Of a stretch of 64,000 bases of DNA, positions 1 through 14,177 are shown piece by piece. The notes beneath the pieces are model-generated. The model worked only from the letters and a program-made list of their open reading frames with translations. It ran no database searches and was not told the DNA's origin. The translations under genes were made by a program, and so were the position numbers. This stretch comes from Antedon mediterranea (lineage: Eukaryota; Animalia; Echinodermata): NCBI RefSeq assembly GCF_964355755.1, contig NC_092675.1, forward strand, positions 24,958,912 to 25,022,911, written 5' to 3'. Position 1 is the first letter of the stretch; the number at the start of each line of letters is the position of its first letter.

Positions 1-660
1 ACCAAATTTAAGTTTCTAAGACCAGTACTTACAGAGATATGAAGATGCCATGATATGTGGGTCAAAGGTCAGAAATGGCATTTCTGATAATTTTTGACTA
101 AAATGTCCCATTAGATTGAATATGAAAGCATGCCTTTTGAACATTTTGAGACTAAAATTGACTTGCTGCGACGAGTGGTTGCCGAGATACAAGTATCTAT
201 TTTTATTTGTTCATATAACCTCTGACCTTGACCCTTTGACCTTTTGTAACATTTTTAAAAATGTGCTACAAATAATAAATATTTATTTCAAACAATTTAA
301 GACCAAATTTAAGTGTCTACGATCAGTAGTTACGGAGATACATACATGCCCTGAGGTGTGGGTCAAAGGTCAGAAATGGCATTTCCGGTCATTTTTGACT
401 AAAATGTCCCATTAGACTGAATATAAATGTATACCTTCTGATCAATTTGAGACCAAAATTACTTCGCTGTGACCACTAGTTGTTGAGATTTAAGGACATA
501 TTGGTGTTTGGTCTTATGACCTTTCACCCTGACCTTTTGACCTTTCGCCACATTTTCAAAATGTGTAACCAAGCCAAAAATGATTGTTTGACCACCCTAA
601 ACCAATTTCTGGAGTCAAATTCTCTGGACCTCAAAGTGCATACGAAAGTTGATCTAGCTA
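1..660. repeat. ~301-bp tandem repeat (2+ units, truncated by window start) rich in GGTCAAAGGTCA/TGACCTTTGACC
   Basis: ACCAAATTTAAGT..CTA.GA.CAGTA.TTAC.GAGATA starts at 1 and again at 302; GTGGGTCAAAGGTCAGAAATGGCATTTC occurs at ~57 and ~358. Resembles satellite-carrying non-autonomous elements of marine invertebrates. ORFs 116-415 and 480-704 are artefacts of it. Confidence 0.8.
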
Positions 661-753
661 CTAGAGTAATAATAAAAGACTTCGTGATTTGTTTAAACAA
701 ATAATATTAACACTGTTATTATATGAAATATAACTACTGCTTTTTAGTTCACG

Positions 754-3011
754 ATGGCTGATTGGTCGAAAGAAAAGATACAGAAGTTCGTATCAAATTT
801 GAAAGATTTACATACGCATGAAAAACTAGGACAATTCTATGATGATTTTGCTCCACAGTACGATAAAGTGAGTTAATGTCAGTTGTACTTTTTACTTAAA
901 TGGTAAATTAAAGGTACATTGAAAAGAGAAATAATAAACATACACTCTAAAATTGTATACAATTATGTAGAGGTGTTATCTACTACTACTTTCAGGTACT
1001 GTAGGTCCAAAATCTTTATAAATTATTTTATGAGTTGTCAAAACCAAATCTGTACACAATTGTATACAATTATGTAGATGTGTTGTCTACTACTTTCAGG
1101 TAGGTCTAAAATCTTTATAAATCATTTTATGAGTTGTCAAAACCAAACTGTACTAAACAATGTTGATGTTTTTAAATGAAATCAAAGTAAAATATATCTT
1201 AATTAGGCAGTGAAATCTTTTGGATACGTCGGTCCTTCTATTGCTGTAAAGTTACTTAACAAATATGTTAAGTCAAAAGATGCGTGGATATTAGATGTCG
1301 CAGCAGGAACGGGCCTTGTAGGCGAATATGTAAGTACTATTTTATTGACCAAATCATTAACATAGCAACAGCAAGTTAATTTCAGATTATACTTACAGAT
1401 AAACAGTTATAATATCTGATTTGATAAGAAGAAAATTGTTCTATTCCAACAATTCATTGACCCATCATCTAAAGTCCAAGCAATTCAATTTAAATTTTTT
1501 TCGCATTTCATTCTTTAAATTTCATTTTCAAACCCCCTCAACCCCCCCCCCCCCCCCCAACAAAATAACAATTTGAAACAAAAAGCAAAACTTACACAAT
1601 TATTTCTATCTCAATACAAACTTATAATCTCAAATAAACACGGTTAAATTAACTTCTGATTGTGTCCTTTATAATTTCAGCTGGTTGATTCTGGTTATAC
1701 CAACATCGATGCAGTTGATGGCAGTGTAGCAAGTACAGAAGTAGCTCGTAAAAAGAACATATACAAACATCTATATGTTCAATGGCTTGGTGGTGACAAC
1801 AAATTGAATACCAACAATGGTAAATAATATAATAATATGTTAATCTCTGAATTGGTGCAAATACAATTTTAAAAAGGAGTATTTAACGAGAAAATTAGAT
1901 TGAATTACCTTGTGGTGTGTTGAATGTTTAAAAAAACAATTCGGTGTATTACAGAGTGTAACGAACATTTCATTTGATTCCGTTTGAGATTTATTTGTTT
2001 AGTCATTCAAAATGAAAAATTAAGGTGATTTTTCATAAGAACGCCAAAAGACGTTCTTATTAATTATTATTATTAATTTAGCGGATAGGCGTAAGTTATT
2101 TGATTTAATTTTTCTTTTTAAGGCTATGAAATCAATTTTTCATGGTAATTTTGAAGTGTACTTTCCTATTTCTGTTCCACAATATCAATTGCGTAATCCT
2201 GCTATATTTTCTATATCAAGAGGGAGGGTAAATATTACTAAAAATGTTATACCACTCACTATGTAAAATTGATGGATCTGTTGATATTTTTTTTTATTCA
2301 CTTGCTTGTTTCCGTCACAAGGTTTTGTCTAATGTCAGTAATATTTAAATGTTGTCTTGTTATCTGTTGATTTTTGCTTGTATATAATATATTATATTTT
2401 ACGACTTTCAACCCTGTTAATGGTGATGTTTGGTCACTGTAGGGTGATGATGTTAAAACTATCTTTATAGTCTATATCAACGTATTCTTTGATTGCCCGT
2501 AATCTTTCTTTCGATTTTTCTTGTTTGGTTCCATTTACCTCATCTAATCTAACTTTTTTTTTCTTGTTGAATTTTATTTCCTGACCTACCTGTATATACT
2601 TTACAGAGGGCTATGATGCATTAGTATGTGTCGGTGGGTTTGCACTCAACCAATTAAAATCGGATGTTTTCCCGGAATTTATTAGAGTTGTAAAACCAGG
2701 TATGTAATTACCGTTAACTATAATTACATAATTCTGGAAAACATTTTACACTAACTACATGAACATTAATTTGGATATAGATACAATTTTGATCTTGTTT
2801 ATTTTTGTAATAAATAGGGGGTTTCATTGTTATCAATATCCGAACAAATTGGTTGGATCGTGAGGCAAGCTACTCGGACGGAAAGTTTGAACGGGACATG
2901 GCGCAAATGGAAACAAATAGAAAATGGAAACTAATTGAGAAATATCTTGATATTCAACAAGAAGAAAGCGTCAATCAGGATTCAGTAACATTTATTCATC
3001 AAGTTTGCTAA
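754..3011 (+). CDS. METTL27: Methyltransferase-like 27 (WBSCR27)-like class I SAM-dependent methyltransferase, 5 exons, 220 aa
   Basis: Exons 754-867, 1207-1329, 1681-1819, 2607-2699 and 2818-3011 (663 nt, all GT-AG, in frame). Motifs: FYDDFAPQYD, ILDVAAGTGLVG (motif I), IDAVDGS, YDALVCVG, EFIRVVKPGGFI. Could be one of several paralogs. Confidence 0.85.
951..1148. repeat. ~95-bp imperfect tandem duplication in METTL27 intron 1
   Basis: AATTGTATACAATTATGTAGA...TTTATGAGTTGTCAAAACCAAA occurs twice (~951-1048 and ~1058-1148). Confidence 0.8.
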
Positions 3012-3654
3012 GAATGTGTTTGGTGTTTGATGTCTAGGGTAATTTTTGTATTAATATTTGAACTTTTTAATCTTTCTCGTTGGTTCTATTGTTGTAAATT
3101 TGTATTTTATTGTTGGATGATTATGTTTTGTTTTGGAGACCCACTTGATAGTTTGGTTTAGTTCACTTTTGGGAATCCTGTCTGTCTATATTGTTTTCTT
3201 TTATATCTGAGAAAAAATAAATAAAATGAAATGAAATGTTTTTATTTTAAAAAGAGCTTTGTGTAAAATGAATTTCCATACCATAGACCAACAATAATTA
3301 TAGTTCATGAAATACTGAAATATTTAATTTGTTATGGCCATTTATATACTAATTATGTGCATTGTAATTTAAATAACGATATAATAATAGACCAGCATGA
3401 CACATTTAATGTGTTATTTTAATTTTATTTACACGAATGTAGTAGTACAGTGTTTCAAACATGTTCATTTTAACAGAAAATGGGATTAAAACTCTTATTT
3501 AAATGGGAAATACGGTACCTATCTTAGTATTTTTTAAACTAGATAGTCAATTCATGTAAATGTGTGGTATTTAGTTCACATTCAAATGTTAATTGAATTA
3601 AAGTTAAAGGTGATTAGATAATTTATAATTACATGTTGCCGTGTGATTCTAAGG

Positions 3655-3835
3655 TTGCAGGTCAACTCAGCCCTAAACCGTCTCGGCCAAAGTCAAGTCG
3701 GCCCCTAGTTAAGTCGGTCCCAAGTCGTGTCGGCCCCACGTCAAGTCGGCCACACGTCAACTCGGCCTCAAAAGTCAACTCGGCCTCACGTCAACTCGCC
3801 CAAAAACTAACTGGTCAACTCGGACCCAATCGATC
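3655..3835. repeat. Degenerate array of GTCAACTCGGCC/GTCAAGTCGGCC units, probably a MITE remnant
   Basis: About 9 copies of the 12-mer core at ~17-20 bp spacing. ORF 3633-3857 is an artefact of it. Confidence 0.7.
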
Positions 3836-4461
3836 GAATTCGATTCTAATTAACTAATTAATGTGAAACGGTTAAATTATTATGACGTATAGTTATTTTA
3901 ACAGACTACTATTTGTATAGAGGATATTGAACATTCACCCTCTTGTTGAAGAATTATCTTTTTACATTCATTAAATTTATCATATATTATATTTGCGTTG
4001 GTTTCTAATTTATGTAAACCTTAAAAATATAAACTTGTTCAATCTATTTTCAAAGTATTTTAAGAAATTTATGCTGCTGCAAATCAATGCCCGTTTTAGA
4101 ATCCTATAATACAATTAGTGATTATGCTAATTAATTTGCATACGACACATGATAGATAGCTTTACGCTATTAGATCAGTCGGTGGTCACCATTACAAGCA
4201 ATACTTGTGTACACAACGTGCTTTTATGAATTGTATTCTTTCAGGAAATTCCACGGATAATTTTATTGAAAATATTATAATGTTCTGTAAAACCCCTTGG
4301 CCATTAGAATGTATATAATTATCAAAAAATATAATATTCGTCATATATTACATTAATTACATGTTTTTGTAAATAAAAAGTAAAACAATATTCTGAACTG
4401 AAGCCGATGTTATATAGGAGGGTTTTTTTTTAATAAACAAGAATATTTTACACAAACCAGA

Positions 4462-7400
4462 TTAAAAACATCCCCCTAATGACTCCATTGCTTTTGTAAA
4501 TCTCAAAATAGTTAATAAATCTTTTATGCCTAGATCCTGTCTGAGGGCAGAATAGAAAAACTCCGGTGCGGTTTGAGAAACTGCATACAGTTGACCCAAC
4601 ATTTCTCCGTCGTAACGTGACAATTTCTTCTTTAGCTGTGCAAGTCCACAGTCTTTCAACCATTTCTGGACATCCTTTTTCGACCACTTCAGAGCCTTTT
4701 CCGGGACAAAACTTTTTCGATTTGTATCTGTTGTAAGCGGGACAGTTTCTTCATGTGATTGGTATGGAGGCGGTTCATTGTCTGCTGCCACCAACGCTAA
4801 ACAATGAGCACCTTCGGGCTCTGCTGGTAATTCTAATACAGTACATTAAAATAAAATAAAAATAAATCAAAATATGTACAAAAACTAGACGTAGTTTAAT
4901 TAAGTATTTACAAGTTTTATATTTGTTGCCTGCTCTAAAATGTTGATTTGAAATATTATTTTAATAGCAAAAATAATAGAAATCCGACTAGTTTAGGTTC
5001 TGTATACTGTGTTTCGACATAATAATAGTAAAAAGATAAATGTTTTGGCATATATGGCGTTTCATATGTATATTAATTTTTTTTTTTCGGGAAACGCCGA
5101 CTGATGGATAACTACAGGGAACCTCCATCAAATAAAAAGACGATATGTTTACCATGTGAACTATGGTCGTCTGTAAAGTCTTCCGCGTCTTGGTCGCCGC
5201 GCGCGTCCTCTTCTTCAGACTCTTCCCTTTGAACACTTCTTTGAGCAACATTTGACATTCTGGGAGAAACACTTTCAATTATGTGCATCACGTCGGGGAG
5301 AAAAGAAGACAGATGTCCTTCGTCTAGATACAGATACATCGGTTCGTTTGTTTCGATTTCTGACAACCAGCCGTCCGGCTCATAGTTTGCTTCCATGATC
5401 AATGGGATGATCGGTTTGTTTAATCTCTTGGCGTAACTTAACTCTGTATTAATAATTGAACAAATAATACTGTTTATATACGTCATGATACATTAATATA
5501 AAATATTACGAGGAAATCTACTGATGGAACACAATAATTGTTGATCGTTTGCTAATATTCAATGACTTTAAATAATATTGCATACTTGTAAATAGTAAGT
5601 CAATTGGCGCAGAAGTTCGCATAGTGAGGTGTGTTTATAAAAACGAAAACATGTATAAATAATAACATTAAAAATATACTAATATTGTGTGTAAAGTGAT
5701 ACATTATGAGATAGAATGAAAATAATTAAAATTATATAGGAGTGGGGAAAAGGAGAAATATATATCTGCCACTGTAAATACTTCACGCGATCTGAAAGCC
5801 ATTAGGTCATTTTAAGAACGAAGCATTATAATATACTGGTGAATGGTTGAGGAATTATTTCCTTACGTCCACAGTTAAATTAGTGTTTACATAATGTACA
5901 ATACAGTGTTTACCTGTTCTGCATCCCAGGCTATTTCTGTAGCTCGAAGACATACCGACGATTACCACTGCCGCATTCTCAACAGCCTGTGACATTGATG
6001 TTATGAGATCACCTCCTAATAACATTTAAATAAAGGAAATAATAGTATAGAAAAAAACGAAGTGTAAAATAAATGCTACGGGATCGACGTTTCAAACGCA
6101 TTCTAAATCATACATACAGTCAGTTATTACTAATTGCATGGCAAATAACATAACAATGGCAAGTTTATGGATGCGAAAAAGGAACCGTATTGTGTGACGA
6201 TATAGAGGGTGAACACTACATATTGTATATGGCTCTAAATGTATGCTCAGAGTCGGATTCAATAAATCGTTGAAATGTGTTAATTTATAATAGATGTTCG
6301 TACTTCCAATGGCGAATTAAAACAAAACCCTTTCTGGATTCAGATCAGACATAAAACATTTGTCGGAATCACAGCCTCTGAACAAACAATGTCATAGAAC
6401 AGTGTTATAGTTATCGTTTTAATAGTTACGTTGCCTTTATATATTAATTTTGTATTATGTATGTGATTAAATGAAATAAAAAAAAAACAAAAAAAAAAAC
6501 AGTGTTATAGTATAATTTATTCAGTTGTTTCTACTTAGTGATTGTTAATATAATATATTTTCACTAACCTGTTTTATCTTCTTCCATCCATACATTGAAT
6601 CCATGTAACTGTATCCTTTCTTTTAATAAGCTCAATGCCATTTTTGAAGAGTCTTCGTAGCTTATCATAACATGTTCAACGATTTTTCTACTAGGTCTGT
6701 TACCACCTGTAGCCCCGCCTTCACCGTCACCTTCTAAGTCTTCTCCTTTGAAAACCTCCCAAAGAACACCGGTGCAGGCCTGCTTTATTTTGACATCTTG
6801 ATTCGTGCTTGCATTTTCTTGTAGTGCTGAAAAAATACAAAGATATATAATTATTTTTTAGTGATCCATAGAGGTAATCCTAATTACGTAACGTGGTCAA
6901 TAACGGAGAGGATCAAAGATTATAATTTTAAATAGTATAGTTCTAAAGTTAAAATATAAATAACAAATAATACAATGATACAATGCCAATAATTTTATGA
7001 AAACTGTTTTGCAACAGCATTATAATTTACATCCTGGGGTGTGCCAAGTAGGTTAATAAGATTGATTTAACAGCGTGGCAATCTTATAACAGGCAAAATG
7101 ATAACACATTGAGGCGTCGTATCGTCGTTTCAAGAAACAATTGTTTATAAATGAATAATATAGAAATTTTGCATCAATAATGTACATTTTGTTTTGAAAT
7201 TCCACGAATTAATCAAATTTTGTTTTTATTTTACAATGGCAAAAGGGCGTATACAGGATGTTCCTAAATAGTGAATCTCCAGTGTTTTACCCTAAAGAAA
7301 TACAAGAAATACAAGCACACAAGAAATAAAGATGTCATTAAAGTGAGCCACTGTTCTTGCGCAACGAGAAGGCTAAATCAATTCACTTTTAAAATTGCTA

Positions 7401-9129
7401 TTTTATTTCTCTGAGGGATAAGAAACTCCCGTCTAAGTCGGAATATGCCAAGGATAGTTCCAAACTGACATTATTTATATTAGTGTTTCCTTATTGAGTC
7501 AATGGAGTCACACATTAATAAATAATGAATTCACACTAAAGGTTATTGTGAGTAAAGCTAAATGTGATTAAATGTATTTCATTACCTGAGAAATGATGAG
7601 TGAATGAAATTAGTACGGTATTTCATTTTGAAACGGTCAATATTAAATATAATAATTATATAGAATATATTGTACTTAACTATGATTGATAACAACGTAA
7701 ACAATGATAATAAATACTAGGCCTTAATTAACTCATAATGACACACGATAGGGAACTGTGGCAAAATAACGACCGCCTGAACCTAGAAACTATCACAATA
7801 CTGTGTCGTGGTCGTGGAGCGAGGAAACACATCTCCAAAAAATCCTCGCATACGCACAATGAATTAACATGACGTGGGTTGTCGATCGACGGACATGTCG
7901 ACATGTAGAGTGTTACATTTACCTAAACGATGTTCTATTTTTGCTATCAAACGAAACTTCCACTTCTAAAACTAATCGTATCATTCATGATTATTACAAT
8001 GTATATAGATAAATTGAAATACTTTACCTTCAACCATTCCTTCAATGTTAAGTATAGCTTCCCTGTTTTCATCAACGAATGCCATGTTCCACATGCATTC
8101 AATAGCAACTACTTGTTCTGTCGTACTATACGAATTCTCCAACATCTTTCGGAATGATGATAGAACTCCTCTATTCGTAAGTCTTGTCTTATTTGAGTCT
8201 TTCGACAACACATGACGGAGTGCATTTATTGTTTCTCCTGCAGTGAAACCATACCGTTTCCTAACATGGTCGGGGTTTTTAAGAGCATCTTCAAGCATGC
8301 GCACTAGAAATTCAAGGCATTGGTCGTGAATTTCTTCTTCGTCGTCTTCTTCAATTATGTATGCCAGTACCAAGTAACACGTGGCTTTGACTATGAGATA
8401 AGTTGAGGAGGTGAAGCAATTGACAAGCTCAACTATGGAGTCATCTCGAAGAAGTTGTCTATTCTCAACTTGCATACGCATACAGTTGTGTAATATTCCA
8501 AGAGTTCCTTTAACAGCATGTCGACGACTTCTGTCTGTCAATTTTGGCACTTGTAATTTTGGATCTTCAAGATCTGTAAGCAATAGTGATAAGGCGCCAC
8601 ACTCTCCAAGCCGTTTACACATCAATGGAGATGCATCGGAGAAATTCATAAAACCAGATTTCATTTTTTTTAAATTCAGCAAAGCATCACGACCATATTC
8701 CTCGTCATAGAGATCGTCTGTGTGTAAAGATTGCCACATACGTGAAAATAACTCTGCGTAGCCCATATCTGCTAGGAAATCACCCAGCACTCGGCGTTCT
8801 TCATCTGGCTTATGTCTGGTCGATGTACCGTGAATTGCCTGCAAGGCCTCAAACGCAAATATAGTTGTAAAATCAGATGTGTCTTTAAGAATATCCAGGT
8901 TCTTTGCTAGCAACGCCTTAGACTCACCAAGAAGGTCTTCTGCAGGAAATATTCCAACGTATTCATCTTCGTCGCGTACTCTACCAATTGTACTCCGGGC
9001 ACCAAGGGCTGTCAGTGACTCATACAGGTTGAGAGTGGGCAAGTCTAGAGTGTTTGGCTTATTATTGTTGGCAAATGGCGCTCTGTCTTCTGGCTCAATG
9101 TTCTGTACTTTGGAGCATTTTCCACCCAT
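4462..9129 (-). CDS. ARM-repeat / TIR / SAM domain protein, 5 coding exons, 707 aa
   Basis: Exons 9129-8028, 6826-6569, 6015-5914, 5443-5153 and 4832-4462 (2124 nt, in frame, GT-AG). N-terminus MGGKCSK. ARM-like helices: GTLGILHNC, ETINALRHV, AIECMWNMAF, ACTGVLWEV. TIR_2-type domain: HVMISY..GFNVWME..SMSQAVENAAVVIVGMSSSYRNSLGCRTELSYAKRLNKPIIPL..YEPDGWL. SAM-like C-terminus: WSKKDVQKWLKDCGL..YDGEMLGQL. An acceptor at 9146-9147 implies an upstream 5'UTR exon. Confidence 0.85.
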
Positions 9130-9942
9130 GATTTCAGAAATTTGTCTGAGAAAAAACCACATACAAATATAATTCAGTGATGAACATTCGGATGTTGCCT
9201 CTGGCTGTTCACAGACAGACAGACAAACAAACATACTTATTGAAAACCTGACCTGCTGGTGAGTGAATGGTAGTCACCACCTCGAGTAGGTATAACCCAG
9301 CAATAAGAATTCAATTTAAAATAAGACTAAATTAAAGTAATTTTATTTAAATCAAGGTTATCCATTTAGGCCTATATTAATGAAAATTGTAAAAGTATTT
9401 AACTTTCAATGAATTAAAATGTATTAAGACATTTCAAAGTAATTTTATTTAAATAATTAATATTCAAGGTTGCTGTAAATATTAATACGTAATTAATGAA
9501 AATAACCTCGAATCAGAGGCAGTTGAATAGGATTGCAAAGAGGTGCATTCTCTTGTCGTCGGGATATGAGTCAAGATGGCCGGATGCTATTTTATACGAT
9601 GTCAAATATCTGACTTTGGCCATGTATTGTTAAAATATACGGGAAAAAAATATCTGTCCAAGTCTATCAATCTTAATTAATATTTTAAGCATATTGAATC
9701 ACTTTACCAATAAATCAATAATTCCTGGATGGTTAATCCTTGATATTTTGAAGAAAAACTCATTTACAATTGCGATAATGTCTTTGAGGGGCACACTTCC
9801 TTTAGGTTTTATATCACAAATTTGAAATATGAATGAAATGTGTATAAAATCCTACTCCAAGATCAAACAATAATCAGTACAGCATTTATACGTTTTAATA
9901 ATTTGATGTGATGTGTATACTGTTGTTACATTTTCCTTTTAA

Positions 9943-10259
9943 AGATGTATTGTCCCCTGAATAAAATAATTCTTAACATTTATTGTTGTTGAATATGCCA
10001 TTTTAATGTCACCTAATAGTTATCCACTTTGACCAAAAAATGGATCGAAAAAAATGTAATTTAAAGCAAAAAATAGTAAAATTGTCTGCCAGCTAATGGA
10101 TTTTTGGTCGAATTTATTTTTTTATTTTATAAGTGAAAACATTTTTTGTCCCGCTTTTTTTCTACGAAAGTGATTAACTTTATTAAACTAAAAAATTATC
10201 TATTCAAAGTCTGATCTTTTTAGTCTTTATTTTTCATGTTTTTGGGGGACAATACATCT
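9943..10259. mobile_element. Non-autonomous DNA transposon, Kolobok-like
   Basis: TIRs AGATGTATTGTCCCC / GGGGACAATACATCT, flanked by TTAA on both sides (9939-9942 and 10260-10263). Confidence 0.75.
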
Positions 10260-10914
10260 TTAAGTGTTTTGTTATTGTTGTCTTGTTCTGCCCTGAATAT
10301 GCTTGGTCCTCCAAGCTGTGACCTGGGATGTTTGTAACATTCTTATGAAGTATTTTATTTAAAATATAGAATGATTTGAGAGGTTTTGTAATGTATTATA
10401 ATGTAATATGATGTAATATTATATAATACAATATAACATAATAAATATAATAATATTACAGTATAATAATATAATAAATATAATGTGCTATTCATTCCCA
10501 GGTCCTTTTTAATGACTAACACTACAGCAAATTCGTAAAACCTTTAATGTTAACCTGACGTCTGCTTATTAGAAGACCTAGATAAGCAAAAACGTATTCC
10601 TGCACGATCCAACAAAGAAATGACTAATATTGCAGGCTGAAACGCAGCAGATTTAATCTTCCTCAAAATACAGCCATTCTGGGCACTTATCCATCACAAA
10701 CATCGATAAATACTGCTAATAATGCTACTTGGCAAAAGTAAAGTAAAATTTGTCTGCTAGCAACAAACTTTCTCAATTTCTTTTAATAATAAACGATGGC
10801 TTGTATCCATATAAGAAATAAATATTTGAAAGTTAGATCAACATTTTGTTTCTATTAATAAGGGAAGAATGATCAAAATATCGTTCATATTATGTGTTTC
10901 GGTATATGAAACAC

Positions 10915-11470
10915 ATGATATAGTTTATCCTACTAACAAACTACCATATTAGACTATATTTTCCTACATAGAACAAAATAAAGCTAAAAAGTTTTCACTC
11001 TAGATGGGATAACCATTTATGCTGCCTTTGATGAAAATATTTTCACGCGTCCAATCAAAATGACGTCATGGTAGTAATATATTAATATATTAATTAATAT
11101 AATAATATTGTAATATATTGTGACGACACAAATATGTTATTGTTCTTATTGATCATCACGTCATTTGATTTATATAAAAAAGGACAGTATGGTTATCCCA
11201 TAGTTCTAGAATAAAAACTTGTTTAGCTTTATTTTGTTCTATGTAGGAAAATATATTCTCAAAAAATTTCATCTGGTTTCAAATGGATATTTAATAAATA
11301 AATGTTAACTTTTTAGTTAAACCAGTTGACAAGTACTTACTTGAAACGTAGCAAGTAAGTACTTATCAACTGGTTTAACTAAAAAGTTAACATTTATTTA
11401 TTAAATAGAAAAATATAGTATAGGCCTAATATTTGATATGGTAATTTTGTTTTATAAGAAAAATGTATGT
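10915..11470. mobile_element. Foldback/MITE with long inverted arms and a nested near-perfect palindrome (11289-11406)
   Basis: 10955-11016 (TATATTTTCCTACATAGAACAAAATAAAGCTAAA..GGGATAACCAT) is the reverse complement of ~11189-11256. 11289-11343 pairs with 11352-11406. Confidence 0.7.
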
Positions 11471-14177
11471 ATTATCTATTTATCGTCGATCGTCCTAGTG
11501 TATAGCAGCTAATTAGCATTTATGCAAATTATTCTAAATTTCTTCTCTGTCGTCAGTTCGTCACATAGATTTCTTAATGAAACGTGGCCTTGATGAGAAC
11601 AAAAATCAAAGTGCAAAAGATCGGAAGTTAGTAATTAGAAATAATTTTAAATTACCTTACAAGAATGATTTACAGTATTTACAATGAAAAAAATAACCTT
11701 CAACTTTAAATTGTAAGATTTAAATCTGGCGTTTAATGTCATTGTTATTATTTGAAAACATTTTGTTGATCAAACAGACCTCCTCTGCCAATTTAATGTA
11801 TCTTAGTATCAGTCGAAAAGAAATAAATTTGGGACGGAAACTATTTTATTGGCGTTTATTTTTCAATTTATGAAACGTTAAATGTAATTTGGAAGCAATT
11901 AAAGGCTTAGGTCAATCATAACATTTGTTGTGTTTTTTATAGCGATAAATCGAACTTTCAAGGAAAGTTAAAACATCTATCAACATCAGTTTTGGATTTT
12001 ACTGCACACATTTTCCACAATATAAGCGACTACTATCGCAATGTAACTTTTGTCTTCCGCTTTTTTGTTCTGTTATTAGTCAGGTAACTGGTGTTTGTGA
12101 TGTTTTATAATGTTTATGATTGTTGTACAGCCTCTGATCTATCTTTTTTTTTCGAATGGCGCTATATAATTATAAATAATTACATCATTATTATTATTAG
12201 AGAAGATATATATCTTCCATGGTTATATATACCGTATTTTCCGTGTTTTACTTGTTCTTACATCCGTTGGTAGGCCAGGGTTGGTTGGCAAGGCTACGTA
12301 TTGGTAGTATCATTTTAGGCCTAATCCTAAAACCTTTCAAGATGCACTGACTTATGAATATTATTTGAAATGATTTTCATGGCAACTGTTTGCCTTCTCC
12401 CACGGGATTCAATTTATGTATCATGCGAATTAAACACTCATTACAGTAACATCCAATACAGGTCATCTAGGGTATATTGCCTTAATCACGACTTATCAAC
12501 TTGACAATGACAGAGATTTTAAATAACTCAATGTAGGCCATTTTCGTGTGATTTTTTTCTTCCAAATAATTTACTATCGAAGCAAAGTGTAGGCCTATAT
12601 GCCTAATAAAGAAGTATTATTTATGAAATGGTTCTTCGTTTGAAAAAGAACCCCTTCTAAACATCACACTGTGATCATAATTTATTAGTTCTTGCAGGTA
12701 GAATCCTAAACAGTCCCCTAGAAGTCTTCCACTGTAAAGGGATTGGCCTGGTGTTAACACATTTTTGCCTGTTTTTAGGCCTGTTTTTCCGTTGAATTTC
12801 TACTCTAAAGAAACGTATTCTGTGTGCCTTCATATTATACTCCATCATCTTAGGCCTATGGTGCAATCCCCAATAACTGTCCAAATGTAAACTTCCCGTG
12901 AATACGGATTTATTTATCAAAAAGATCCAAAATATTCTCTTTTGAAGCTGCATATTGTAACACGTGATCAGCTTCACGTGTCAAGTTATTCAATTCCAAA
13001 CTGGAAAATACTGAGCAGTTTCTTGATTCAAATTGAGATCAAAATCAAAAAGAATATCTATTATAGTGATAAGGTTTTAATTAAGGTTACTTATTATAGA
13101 CTTTTATGTGTATTTCCATCTGATACAATTTTAAATTATCTTTTTTAACGATTGAACAGATGTCCCAGTAGAATATTTTCTAAAGAGTTTTGTTTTCACT
13201 TCAACAATTGGCGATGGTACCGTAAAGATAAACAGTAATACATATTGTTAAATGTGCCTTATATGCCAACGCTATGTAGGCCTACTAGTTCGTTATTTTA
13301 TAATGACATTACATGATATACTGAATATGTACGATAAAATTAAAATTCTGATTCTTATCTCTGTACTCACCACATGGCAAATTATGTATTATAGTCACAT
13401 AGTAGGCTAGCTATCACATGTGTCTGTATTACAGTATGTTGTGGTTGTAGCATAATGCTATTATAGCCAATTCCCTAATGTTGGTTATTGTATGTAGCCT
13501 AAATCGTATAATGTGTTGCCCTAATATTTAAAGTACGGGTGATCGCGCCACATTATGTATCGAGGCATTGGAAGTCCACGTCTGCTTAGATTACGGAATG
13601 ACACGATCTAGAAATATTATCATCCATCGATTATTGATTATTGTAGAATTATGGGGTATTTATGACATTATTAAACTAATTCATTCAATATTCATTTTAT
13701 TTGTTTGGACGCGTTAATGTAATTGGCTACGTACAATTATTCCGAATTTATCACGTGAACAATTGCTAATGGCTTATGAATACAAATGAGGGATTTAAGA
13801 TAATACATTGTATTATTAAAAACGGAAGTCTGCCAATTCATAATCTAAGTCAAGAGATTCCCCGGAAGTGTAGGCCTATAGGTATTAAATTAATTAGGTT
13901 ATTCTTGTGGTACACCCACATACAGTAATTGAAACAGTAATGAAAGATATAGTTTGATTAATTATTAAGACCTTTAAGAATATAGTTCTGTTGACAAATT
14001 ATAACAATAAATGTAATCCGTGCTGTGATCTCTCTTTCATACTCGTTATAACAAATGCCTAATACACCACTGATATCCAGGTCCTCCTTAAAATGACAAA
14101 ATATATAACACTTACCTAATAAAACTACATTTCATTAAAAAATATCTAGGAAAATAAAGAAAATCTTACGTTATAAA

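Noticed and set aside
5112-5152. Second TIR domain start (GKHIVFLF) in the ARM-TIR-SAM gene
   Set aside because: It lies after a GTAAAC donor at 5152 and hits a stop; it is read-through into the intron.
9130-9234. N-terminal extension of the 417-aa ORF
   Set aside because: It runs through a polypyrimidine tract and AG acceptor at 9146-9160, so it is intronic; ATG 9129 is the likely start.
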